Below are positions 29,001-35,960 of a stretch of 57,223 nucleotides of DNA, piece by piece. The DNA is from Spartobacteria bacterium. Its GTDB lineage: Bacteria > Verrucomicrobiota > Verrucomicrobiia > Chthoniobacterales > DASVRZ01. The notes beneath the pieces are model-generated. The model was not told the DNA's origin. It worked only from the letters and a program-made list of their open reading frames with translations, and made no database searches. Each line of letters begins with the position of its first letter. The stretch's first letter is position 1. Where the stretch lies: the NCBI GenBank assembly GCA_043758065.1, contig JAYVOE010000078.1:1-57223 (forward strand), read 5' to 3'. The translations under genes and the position numbers were made by a program.

Positions 29001-30978
29001 CATCTATGGCACCGCACCGTCCACGAAGGTTTTCTACGCGCCGGAACGCGTCTTCGACGGAGGCACTTTAAGCAAAATATCCGCGCTCGGTTTCACCCAC
29101 ACGCTGGTCGATCAAATGCGCCACATTTTGAAATGGTATGGCCGCAACTCCGCTCTCGGAAACGACGGCTACCGCATCAACGACATCAATGGCGTGAAGA
29201 CGTTTGTGGTCAATGATGACGCCAGCGCATTCCGCTTTACTAACACTAACAACGGCCTTGGCTCTTCGTTGCGCGAACTAGCCAGCCGCAAGGCGCGCTC
29301 CGGCACTCAGGACCAAGTCGTCGTCATTGCTAGTACGATGGACGATTTCACCACCAAATCGAACGCCGACGCTTACGACAAAAACATCCGCTGGCTCGCT
29401 TCCCGTCCGTGGACGCAGATCGTTTCGCTCGATGATATCGCTCAAAGTCGACTGGATATTTCCGTTCCGCCCGATGGCACCAATGACACTTGGGGCACCG
29501 TCTCCCGCACGACGAATCCTAATTTAGTGAACGTCTCGCCGGTTTACCTCGATCACGCGACGCAGGAATCCTACGACCATTGGTATTTCGGTCAGACTGG
29601 CCTCGAAGAATCGCTCTCCGCGAAAGTCTTCAACATCCGCGCAGGCTCGCCGTTGCCGCAGGCTTTTGGTCAGATTGGAACTAACAACACGATTCTTAAC
29701 AGCGCCTGGAACTCGGTAGTGTCGGTCTCGCCGCTGAGCGATCTGCAATCTCTTGCGCGGGTAACGGCGCACGCTGCGATGTTTGTCACCGGTTTCCACG
29801 ACCAGACTAACAACGATCTCTCCAAATTCAGCACCGGCTCTTACATCAATCCTGATACCACTTCCATGCCACTCGCGGGCTTCTCCAAAAACGCCCAATC
29901 GCAAGTGCGGCAGGCGGCGATTTATACTCGCGTCGATGCCTGGAGAAACTCCGCTAACTCCGGTGTTTATCTCAATTCCTCCACGGCAGAAACCAGCGAT
30001 GTCGATCTCGATGGCGAGCCGGAATACATCCTCTACAACGACCGTGTTTTCGCTTTCTTCGAGCGGATTGGCGGACGTCTCGTCGGTGCCTGGGTGCGCG
30101 ATGTTAACAGCGGCGAAGTCTTCCAAACGATTGGCAATCCGATGAGCTACTCCGGTTCCGAAACTGAAGATGAAGGCACTGCCAATACGATTTCCAGCGC
30201 AGTGGGCGCGTATCGCACTTCGGGCTTGAAAGATTGGTTTGCCACTCCGGCAGGTGCTAACTACGTGAACAATCTCTACACCGCCACCACTCCCGCGAGC
30301 GGCACGGGTTGGAAACTCACCAGTAGCGACAGCAAGATCAGCAAAACCATTACGCTAGCGCCCCGCCAGAGTGCGTTCCAAGTAAGCTACACCGTCGCAC
30401 CGGAATTTACGCATCTTTACATCCGATTTGGACTCAGCCCAAATTTGGAAGACCTATTACTGAATGGTCAGACGAATCTTTCTAACCTCGTTACCAGTGC
30501 GCAGGAAGTGGACCTCTTTAACAACGCTCCAGGGAAACTGGTTCGCGCTTATGTTAGGACGGGTGGCAGCACTTACAGCGGCGCGAGTTATAACGCTTCC
30601 GCAGTCGATGATAACCCTGGAACTGGAATCAATTTTTCTACCTTGAACATGCGGAACCAGGCGCAAACGCATCAGATCGAACTTGATGGGAGTTCCACGG
30701 CTATCAGTTTCGCGCTCGGCTTTGAAACGGGCTCGACGGTTAGTTACGACAGTGACGGCGACGGCCTGCCCGACTGGTGGGAAACTTCATTTGGGTTAAA
30801 TCCAAATGACGCCACGGGCAGCAACGGCGCGAATGGCGATCAGGATGCCGACGGGAAAACTAACATCCAGGAATTCATCCTCCAGACCTCGCCCATTGCC
30901 TTCGACAGCGGCTATCCACCAGTCACCGTTAGTGGCTCTAGCATTTCCTTCCCAACATTGCAGGGCCGCACCTATTAA
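23062..30978 (+). CDS. main 2638-aa ORF of the giant GH13 protein
   Basis: GLRMDAVKHV (region II), LFGEHLGE (III), HAQSHDN (IV), long beta-rich spacer, DxDxDG TSP3-type repeats, and a GH57-like segment (FVSHVNQ, IDILGTTFSDHPLPYF, FYAPERVF). Frame 1 is open and protein-like upstream to 22837. Confidence 0.75.
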   Translation: MLTDPANANVYSERVEDFLNRAARWLIDRTQVDGLRMDAVKHVRGDFFGATGAGADTSDYGYTGQIQRQFNLTRGFSDANHRDTVFDTEKPRDDAMLFGEHLGEPPGYSDYLNTGMRLVDNQLRQNLNDKLGNPSNGLNGYDSPGAGGFSPETGVMHAQSHDNDYASRPELQQAFYYTRAGLGLLYTDGNNQAETLGESGGAFPRHSNTNFLGQYGDVRIPNLLYIHNQFARGYQVGHYSDADYVAYERIDKREKPTMTDAYGVTMLFMLNDNYANGQARSFATSFPAVSFGSNAYLYNYSSYGSGFFKYASELGSTVVPPGGYFAFSWKNPDPSNLWANGGGKPITILQNGQPIGSMSYVRKDGRDGDKAFNPYNLPDTNKTDLSYTYTVPRVTNGTNLSFVARTDGSAENILLELDGGIDINSQIPLGPVTGDKRDNPPAIATDTFLGYEQMQFDHRQYAEKFAATDTARCTFGSAGAETFTGGGATINGFGTNPQDADAAGFVYHDPNAGFSGWSGTADTKQYNVSGSTVNIWAKTNSVGGGYLMFIYYTTDGTNPEGAGGVGNGSTTVESIYVSPNTTPDNGNWWRGQISPVPTGTLKYKIGIYKDNSPGAVPSIFPTGATEVARKKNMMTVFKINNFNAVTAPYRPHNDYGATVTGLSEGFHFLRARAFLNRAGRASIYNTFTQTFYYDAESPQSEIKFPATDGSTLNGQTYGIVARGDVSVKDAWMHIDDMDSTNDDVVTRVANGNGTGFEPFVDTKINDVYNGTWDTGETFTDLNGNGVWDNNVPAWIKISEVTPSTTITSTYPREWRADYRNIAASGTGAIKVRLRELSSSNNLFDSSSNDISDATGHFTTLIRTFTAAGDPQRMFIAFPSTDGQTVGEGYVMKVRFSDSLGNNVDDATLKSRFVVKIASSESGAMTGLVTQSAASFQIIRGSASGSDDLAFTIPNLYNGLPDFVHTIQVTLTRPGNSALVTTRQVKATPTAQGSFVTIKNPPEFDSDGKRYEIILPDVANPTPAQRQTTIAIETSTDVQSVNITFANNARTATLATSTETALKAFVSVTNGSANITGTEQTLTGTLTSSGTNVTGTGTAFTSELSIGDIIRVGTNSLTVATIPSATSLAVSLAPTTPFINAVGYLQPQFDQNLSVGNILRIGSTTYTVSQINSASSVTLNSNYTGSTATGLTVYRVDGNPVVVGSKKNWTFNWTGMTAGSFTFTATAHPATGSDVTATRNATVLFRQIVASDPNDLDDDDDGIPDINETTTTALPTTNAETWKSSEVLAYYTNGHTNPLGPDSDGDGLPDALELGQRTASNPPTDPAADTNGDGFKNFIGDLDPPFYNTLGADYPNDNPNSNYGRVPNVNSSSEGGDRAALKGGTTTSPNDPDSDHDGIMDGIEDANHNGWVDGDGEVLPPTFLPYSTRKWPNGKMDPGETWTETDPNNSDTDGDGLQDGYGEDKNFNGFIDGDTNKNRIYDSGELWSETNPLSADTDGDGLPDGWEVNNGLDPLDNGTTNMRTGGAGNPVNGASGNPDGDTILVNGQPVPYTNILELTNGTDPQTPNTILPPPPGSIVIGPQAPVTVGAVTNLKEFTDWTSNDLIALDEYDGDGTNNQGGDIYHANDGFDSSRDLTAFYAHDGGDTAVGGDGNFYFRVDMEDLVANAEAGNLDIYVAIDTGNPDVGEFNLPDEVDTGTNMRWEAVVACYSTNNGRVYIDTNPTSNTTAIGQNLANFGVISRDQTAANGFKKAYYNSDLDSVEFSISRQALRDAGWNGDPNVLNFQVFTTKDGTGDSPVGPGNIGGRSDIRDTIYDDWIASDYYKDQTNIAGSKSVLTSWFSTRPNQPAGRGSNDRGKRAKFAFVSHVNQAIVPGSQIQAKINNDAGAGYYRPLDVHQAYAAPLNLHITPTTASAIQWAKVDPAINKPYLDGPTFNNRIRTLSQSSSIDILGTTFSDHPLPYFTTSFNTDNVALSADFLSHIYGTAPSTKVFYAPERVFDGGTLSKISALGFTHTLVDQMRHILKWYGRNSALGNDGYRINDINGVKTFVVNDDASAFRFTNTNNGLGSSLRELASRKARSGTQDQVVVIASTMDDFTTKSNADAYDKNIRWLASRPWTQIVSLDDIAQSRLDISVPPDGTNDTWGTVSRTTNPNLVNVSPVYLDHATQESYDHWYFGQTGLEESLSAKVFNIRAGSPLPQAFGQIGTNNTILNSAWNSVVSVSPLSDLQSLARVTAHAAMFVTGFHDQTNNDLSKFSTGSYINPDTTSMPLAGFSKNAQSQVRQAAIYTRVDAWRNSANSGVYLNSSTAETSDVDLDGEPEYILYNDRVFAFFERIGGRLVGAWVRDVNSGEVFQTIGNPMSYSGSETEDEGTANTISSAVGAYRTSGLKDWFATPAGANYVNNLYTATTPASGTGWKLTSSDSKISKTITLAPRQSAFQVSYTVAPEFTHLYIRFGLSPNLEDLLLNGQTNLSNLVTSAQEVDLFNNAPGKLVRAYVRTGGSTYSGASYNASAVDDNPGTGINFSTLNMRNQAQTHQIELDGSSTAISFALGFETGSTVSYDSDGDGLPDWWETSFGLNPNDATGSNGANGDQDADGKTNIQEFILQTSPIAFDSGYPPVTVSGSSISFPTLQGRTY
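26810..27615 (+). repeat. coding array of thrombospondin type-3-like calcium-binding repeats
   Basis: DDDDDGIPD, DSDGDGLPDALE, DSDHDGIMDGIED, DTDGDGLQDGYGED and DTDGDGLPDGWE spaced through this segment. Confidence 0.7.
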
Positions 30979-31183
30979 TTGCAATATCGCAATGACCTAA
31001 CCACCGGCACGTGGCAATCGCTAGGAACTCCCGTCACCGGCACCGGCGGCAACGTCACCGTCCCCGACTCCACATCGTCAGGACAATCACGACGTTTCTA
31101 CCGCCTGAACATTCAGCTCTCCCCGTAAAAAGAAAATCCCCATCCTTCTTTTAGCCGGTCTTTGTTGCGCTAGCGCCACCACA

Positions 31184-32167
31184 TTGACAGTGGATGGACC
31201 TAACGGAATCGTTGACGCCAACTATTCTACATCTCACGTTTACGTTGATGAGATCGCGCAAACTTCTGTTCCTCTGACGTTTTTCCTAAATCCGCAGACT
31301 TCTAACGTCGCATTTGCTGAAATACTAACAAATCTGAATCGTCGCGAACGAGCCACGATGGATGCCAATGGCGACAGCATTGAAGACGGAATCGTATCTC
31401 CCAATGCAGATAACATTGCATCGGGAAATGATTCAAATTATTACAAAGCTTATACAATGACTTCGGTGACGGGTGGTTACACCCTAACTCTGAACGCCAC
31501 AAAAACGGGCGCTTATCGCGCCACGGGGCGCTATCGTTTGATAGGCGAAACTTCAGGCTATCATTACTTTAATTCCGAAACCACTTCACCGAATGTATTT
31601 AAACGCGACCACGCCATTGTGGTCTCACCCAAATCAGCGCGCGACATCCAGCTTTACGAGATGAATCCGCTTACTATCATCGCGACTGGAACGCAATCCA
31701 ATCAGCGCGGTAATTTCGCAGATCTAGCTAATGGTGTTAGCGGTGGGCCGCGCTTCAGTTTGCAATACGTCAAAGATTTGGGTTGCAACACACTCTGGTT
31801 CCAGCCGATTCATCCAAATGGAATCGCTGGGCGTCAGACTGATCCGACGACGAGTCAGCCATTTGAGGTCGGCTCGCCGTATGCGGTGAAAAACTTCTTC
31901 GAGGTCATGCCGCTAATGGCGAAGGACTTTACGCCAGGTGGATCGCCTTCCACGAACGACACACCTGCCGGACGCGCCCAAGCGATGACGGATTTTCAAT
32001 CCTTCGCAGCCGCTGCAGACTCCGCCGGCGTCGCCATCATGCTCGATGCGCCTTTTAACCACACGAGTTATGACGCCGAGCTAGCTGCATTGGGACAGAC
32101 CTATTTTGGGAATGGGGGCACTAACGCCAATACGGAATTCCGAAACACAGAGGCGCGATTCTTTTAG
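31184..32167 (+). CDS. GH13 gene 2, fragment 1 (region I)
   Basis: LGCNTLWFQPIHPNG and IMLDAPFNHTS motifs. Ends at an in-frame TAG. Confidence 0.65.
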   Translation: MTVDGPNGIVDANYSTSHVYVDEIAQTSVPLTFFLNPQTSNVAFAEILTNLNRRERATMDANGDSIEDGIVSPNADNIASGNDSNYYKAYTMTSVTGGYTLTLNATKTGAYRATGRYRLIGETSGYHYFNSETTSPNVFKRDHAIVVSPKSARDIQLYEMNPLTIIATGTQSNQRGNFADLANGVSGGPRFSLQYVKDLGCNTLWFQPIHPNGIAGRQTDPTTSQPFEVGSPYAVKNFFEVMPLMAKDFTPGGSPSTNDTPAGRAQAMTDFQSFAAAADSAGVAIMLDAPFNHTSYDAELAALGQTYFGNGGTNANTEFRNTEARFF

Positions 32168-32185
32168 AGGACGAACGCCTACGAC

Positions 32186-34201
32186 ATGCGCGCTTTTGAT
32201 TCGAGTTCCATCGCACTCGCGCCGGATCGCACGGACTTCGGAAAATTCGCCGACACCTATGACGTTTATTATGGCCGCTACGCAGCGCTCGTTTCTGGAA
32301 CCACAGGTGGATACAAGAGCGAAGCCGACTGGTTTGATACTTCAGTCAATGTTGTGAACGGCATTGACACAAAGATCGACGATCCAAACTCTGCCGGCTC
32401 AGGACACGGCCACTTCGACATCATCACCCAGCGCGTCTGGAAATACTTTGCGGAGTATACTCAATTCTGGCTAACCCAAACAGGTTATCCACAAAATCCC
32501 AGCGGAGTTGCAATCGATTCTACCGTAGGACTCGACGCTCTGCGCGCTGATTTCGGTCAAGGTCTCCCGCCTCAATGTTGGGAGTATATTATCAACAAAA
32601 CCCGCACTCGGAAATGGAACTTCGCCTTTATGGCAGAGTCGCTGGACGGGGGCGAAGTGACTTATCGCAGTGGCCGCCATTTCGATATTCTCAATGAAAA
32701 TATTGTCTTCCCGTTGCACAGCGCGCTGACTGCCAGCCAGTATCGCGCGATCTACGATGCACGGCGAAATACCTACGGGCAGGCGTTGGTTTTACTGAAT
32801 ACTAGCTCTCATGATGAAGATCATTACCAAGATCCATTTCACGCATTGATCCGCTATGCGGCAAACTCGACCATCGACGGCGGGCCTCTCATTTTTCCGG
32901 GTCAGGAGCTAGGTCTCAGCGGAACCGTTATCCCTCCGAATGATACCAATGCCGCATTGATCCCGTTCGGTTATGACCGGTTTGAAACCAACTCAAATAA
33001 ACCCATTCCGCATTTCAAAAAATTCAATTCGCTCATGCCGCTCTGGAACAAAACGACGATTGGTAATGGCAGCTATAACTTCGGTCTCGCTCAGTTGCAG
33101 CCCGTCTTCTCCGCAATCGGCCAAGCACGAAAATTCTCCACGGCGCTGCGTTCGTCTAATCGCTATTTCCTCTCGAAGACGAGCGGTGGAGATGACGACA
33201 ACATTTACGCTGTCGCAAAATACACGACGGCCAATGCCTCGCCGGCGACTTCGGATGTAGTCTTCGGATTTGTAAATCTCGACCGCAACAGCGATCACGC
33301 CGCGACGTATGCCGTGAACATTAACGGCACCAATCTATTCGGGATTAAATCCGGAAGAAATTACGGTTTCAAAAATATCGCGGCTTACATTGGCGCTTAC
33401 AGTTTTCCTAACAATGTTTCGCGTCGCGATAAGTTTGTTAACAAGACTACAGGCGATCAATTGCTAACCAGTGGGCTTTTCGTCGGCCTCAACAAAGTGC
33501 CGATCATTGATTCCGAATGGGGAACTTCGAACAGTGAAGGTCATCCTTACGAGGCGCAGTATTTGAAGCTCTATGACATCACGGCTCCAACGACAGCTCC
33601 TAACACTCCGACTGGGCCGAATCCTTTCGCTTATACGATTGGAAGTGCGGTCAGTTTTTCGTGGCAACCAGTGCAATCCGATAGCGAAGGCGTCGTTCCT
33701 AGCTATCGCGTGAATGTGACGGTGAATGGCGTCACGACGAGCACGTTTAACACGACGAATCCGGCTTACACATTTTCTGGAACTGTCGGCGACAGAGTTA
33801 GCGTCAGTGTGCAGGCCGTGAATCCCGATGATACGACTAGCGCTGGCCCGGTGAGCACGACTAGCGCGACGATCCAGACTCTGTCGCCCACCGGTGATCA
33901 GGATGGCGATGGTGCTTCCAATCTCGCGGAAAATCAGGCGGGCACCAATCCATTGGATAACGCTTCTGTGTTTAAGATTATGGGGATTTCGACGGGGAAC
34001 TCACAGTCGACTGTGACTTGGGCGAGCGTTGTTGGAAAAAGCTACGTCGTCGAATCGAGCAGCGATCTGACGCAAGGCTTCACGCCTCTTTCTGGAACGA
34101 TCACCGCGACGCAAACTCAGTCGAGTTACACCGATATGACGAGCACGGGTGCGAGGAAGTTTTATCGGGTGAAATTGGTGGCAACACCAGCGGCGAGCTA
34201 G
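32186..34201 (+). CDS. GH13 gene 2, fragment 2 (regions II-IV, FN3-like domain, C-terminal module)
   Basis: GLDALRADFGQ, FMAESLDG and NTSSHDE motifs. C-terminus GDQDGDGASNLAE..GKSYVVESSSDL..RKFYRVKLV. Confidence 0.7.
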   Translation: MRAFDSSSIALAPDRTDFGKFADTYDVYYGRYAALVSGTTGGYKSEADWFDTSVNVVNGIDTKIDDPNSAGSGHGHFDIITQRVWKYFAEYTQFWLTQTGYPQNPSGVAIDSTVGLDALRADFGQGLPPQCWEYIINKTRTRKWNFAFMAESLDGGEVTYRSGRHFDILNENIVFPLHSALTASQYRAIYDARRNTYGQALVLLNTSSHDEDHYQDPFHALIRYAANSTIDGGPLIFPGQELGLSGTVIPPNDTNAALIPFGYDRFETNSNKPIPHFKKFNSLMPLWNKTTIGNGSYNFGLAQLQPVFSAIGQARKFSTALRSSNRYFLSKTSGGDDDNIYAVAKYTTANASPATSDVVFGFVNLDRNSDHAATYAVNINGTNLFGIKSGRNYGFKNIAAYIGAYSFPNNVSRRDKFVNKTTGDQLLTSGLFVGLNKVPIIDSEWGTSNSEGHPYEAQYLKLYDITAPTTAPNTPTGPNPFAYTIGSAVSFSWQPVQSDSEGVVPSYRVNVTVNGVTTSTFNTTNPAYTFSGTVGDRVSVSVQAVNPDDTTSAGPVSTTSATIQTLSPTGDQDGDGASNLAENQAGTNPLDNASVFKIMGISTGNSQSTVTWASVVGKSYVVESSSDLTQGFTPLSGTITATQTQSSYTDMTSTGARKFYRVKLVATPAAS

Positions 34202-34968
34202 TCGGGATTATTCTTCGGCAGCCAATAGGCATCGCGCTCGTAATGGGCGTGCAATGCGTCCTCGTAAGGGCGCGAGATGAGCGCCGTCGGATCGTAACTG
34301 GGCGCGGACTTAATCAATGTCGACGACAGGTTCACCACTACCTCGGCATCGTCGTAGGAAACTTTCTCGATCCACTCGGGCGAGAGCAAAACGTGGGTTT
34401 GCGTCGGCCAATTTCCAGGGCGGATGACTAGGTAACGAATGCTCCAGCCTTGATCGTCGATGATGAAATCGTCCACTTTGCCCAGTTCCGCATCGAGCGC
34501 GTGAATCCGATAGCCGATCAGTTCGCCACTGCTGCGCAAATGCGTCGTTACTGGTGCGTCCTGCCCCGCCTTCGCTGTTATCGGCAACACGGGATTGATT
34601 CCCCCGACCGACGGTATCCCGAAGCCCATTCCGCCATCGGCAAGGCTCCAATACGGGTCCCAGCCATAGTGTTGAAAAACGCGTTCCTCGTATTGTCGCG
34701 ACACTGGTTTATCGGACTCCACGGGAGGCGAATGCCGCACTTCGTCCATCGTCAAATGAACAGCCAGAGTCCGCTGCGACTCGTCGATGCCGCCGACGAC
34801 CCATGGAGCGATGAGCACTTCACGACCCGTCAGCCACGAGCCGGTGGTGACGAGAAAATAGCGGACCTTCCAATGCTGATCATCGAAATAAAGCTCCCGC
34901 ACTTTGCCGATTTCGCCGTCCGATGCGGCGAGCGTGCACCCGTGAATATTTTTGAAGTTTCGCAGCAT
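34198..34968 (-). CDS. PRC-barrel domain protein (two copies)
   Basis: LAASDGEIGKVRELYFDDQHWKVRYFLV and a second IHALDAELGKVDDFIIDDQGWSIRYLVI repeat. Confidence 0.75.
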   Translation of the reverse strand: MLRNFKNIHGCTLAASDGEIGKVRELYFDDQHWKVRYFLVTTGSWLTGREVLIAPWVVGGIDESQRTLAVHLTMDEVRHSPPVESDKPVSRQYEERVFQHYGWDPYWSLADGGMGFGIPSVGGINPVLPITAKAGQDAPVTTHLRSSGELIGYRIHALDAELGKVDDFIIDDQGWSIRYLVIRPGNWPTQTHVLLSPEWIEKVSYDDAEVVVNLSSTLIKSAPSYDPTALISRPYEDALHAHYERDAYWLPKNNPD

Positions 34969-34976
34969 GGCTGATT

Positions 34977-35000
34977 GCGTTCTAACTCGACTGAAAGACG
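34977..35000 (-). repeat. dispersed motif copy upstream of the PRC-barrel gene
   Basis: Motif strand cgtctttcagtcgagttagaacgc, 8 nt from ATG 34968. Confidence 0.75.
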
Positions 35001-35052
35001 CGTTCTACTCTAAAAACGAAACCGCCCACGGTCGCGGCTGTAACGGAAACTG

Positions 35053-35862
35053 TCAGGTCGCCGCCGGCTTTTCAATCAAGGCGTAGGCGTTGTGACTGTG
35101 AATCGACTCGTAGTTTTCCGCCTCGACCCGATACCAGGTAATGTCCGGCTCCAGATTGGCTCGCGCGGCGACATTGCGGACCAGGTCTTCGACGAAAACC
35201 GGGTTGTCATAGGCGCGTTCCGTGACGGATTTTTCGTCGGGCCGTTTGAGAACGCTGTAGAGCTCGCTACTCGCGCAAGTCTCGACGAGTTCGATCAAAT
35301 CCTCGATCCAGATCGGCCGCGCAAAACGCACCGCGAACGTCACTTTTCCCCGCTGATTATGCGCGCCGTGAGCCGAAATCGCCTTCGAGCACGGGCAAAG
35401 CGTCGTCACCAAAACGCCGACCGTGACCACAAAATCGACGCGGCCATCGACGTAGTTCGCGTTGAATTTCACCTCGTAATCCATCAAACCGGGTGCGCCC
35501 GTCACGGGTGCTTTCTTCTCGATGAAATACGGAAAGACAAACTCCACGTGCGCTTTCTCCGAGTGTAAACGTGAGACGAGTTGCAGGAGTATCTCGTGGA
35601 TATTTTCGACATGCAGGATCGGCCCGTGGGCATTCAACACCTCGACAAACCGGCTCATGTGCGTCCCCTTGAATTGATGCGGTAGATCCACGGTCAGCGC
35701 GCAAGTGGCCACGGTGCTCTGCAAATTCTGGCCGCGATCGCGGATTTGCAGGGGAAATCGCAGGTTGGTGATGCCGACGCGATCGATCGCGAGCTGACGG
35801 AAATCCGGCTGATTCTGCGTGTCAACGAGCTTCGCCGGGTGGCTCAACGATTGCGGTTCCAT
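35053..35862 (-). CDS. folE2: GTP cyclohydrolase I type 2 (FolE2 / GCYH-IB)
   Basis: GTHMSRF, TTLCPCSK and HNQRG motifs. ATG at 35860-35862 is preferred to the far ATG at 35907. Confidence 0.85.
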   Translation of the reverse strand: MEPQSLSHPAKLVDTQNQPDFRQLAIDRVGITNLRFPLQIRDRGQNLQSTVATCALTVDLPHQFKGTHMSRFVEVLNAHGPILHVENIHEILLQLVSRLHSEKAHVEFVFPYFIEKKAPVTGAPGLMDYEVKFNANYVDGRVDFVVTVGVLVTTLCPCSKAISAHGAHNQRGKVTFAVRFARPIWIEDLIELVETCASSELYSVLKRPDEKSVTERAYDNPVFVEDLVRNVAARANLEPDITWYRVEAENYESIHSHNAYALIEKPAAT

Positions 35863-35872
35863 CTGCACAATC

Positions 35873-35894
35873 AACTGGAACTCCGATGAAAAAA
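35873..35894 (-). repeat. dispersed motif copy upstream of folE2
   Basis: Motif strand ttttttcatcggagttccagtt, 10 nt from ATG 35862. Confidence 0.7.
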
Positions 35895-35960
35895 CAAGGT
35901 AACGCATTCACGCGCGTTCCGGGCTTGTCAGTAGCAGACACGTTGTTTACTCCTGACTGC

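Larger units (their letters stand above)
22367..31128 (+). pseudogene. giant (about 2,900 codons) secreted multidomain alpha-glucan enzyme, disrupted by TAG, a frameshift and TAA
   Basis: GH13 regions I-IV are split between ORF 22352..22831 and ORF 23062..30978. In-frame TAG at 22829-22831. Frame 2 to frame 1 switch near 22905-22925. TAA at 30976-30978 sits inside the C-terminal module, which continues in frame to TAA at 31126-31128. Confidence 0.65.
31127..34201 (+). pseudogene. second secreted GH13 enzyme (about 1,020 codons), interrupted by in-frame TAG and without a canonical start for its signal peptide
   Basis: ORFs 31184..32167 and 32186..34201 are in the same frame and separated by TAG 32165-32167. 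GH13 region I lies before the stop and regions II-IV after it. KKKIPILLLAGLCCASA is encoded at 31127-31177 with no ATG/GTG/TTG upstream in frame. Confidence 0.6.

Noticed and set aside
22829-32167. Stop-codon reassignment or general readthrough as the explanation for the in-frame TAG, TAA and TAG
   Set aside because: About 50 other genes in the window end cleanly at TAG, TAA or TGA with no internal stops, and one of the lesions is a frameshift. Local gene decay or sequence error is the simpler reading. Programmed recoding cannot be excluded from sequence alone.
34198-34201. Convergent genes sharing overlapping stop codons in the palindrome CTAG
   Set aside because: It is real in the sequence but a trivial consequence of two TAG stops. 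No hairpin or other structure is associated with it.
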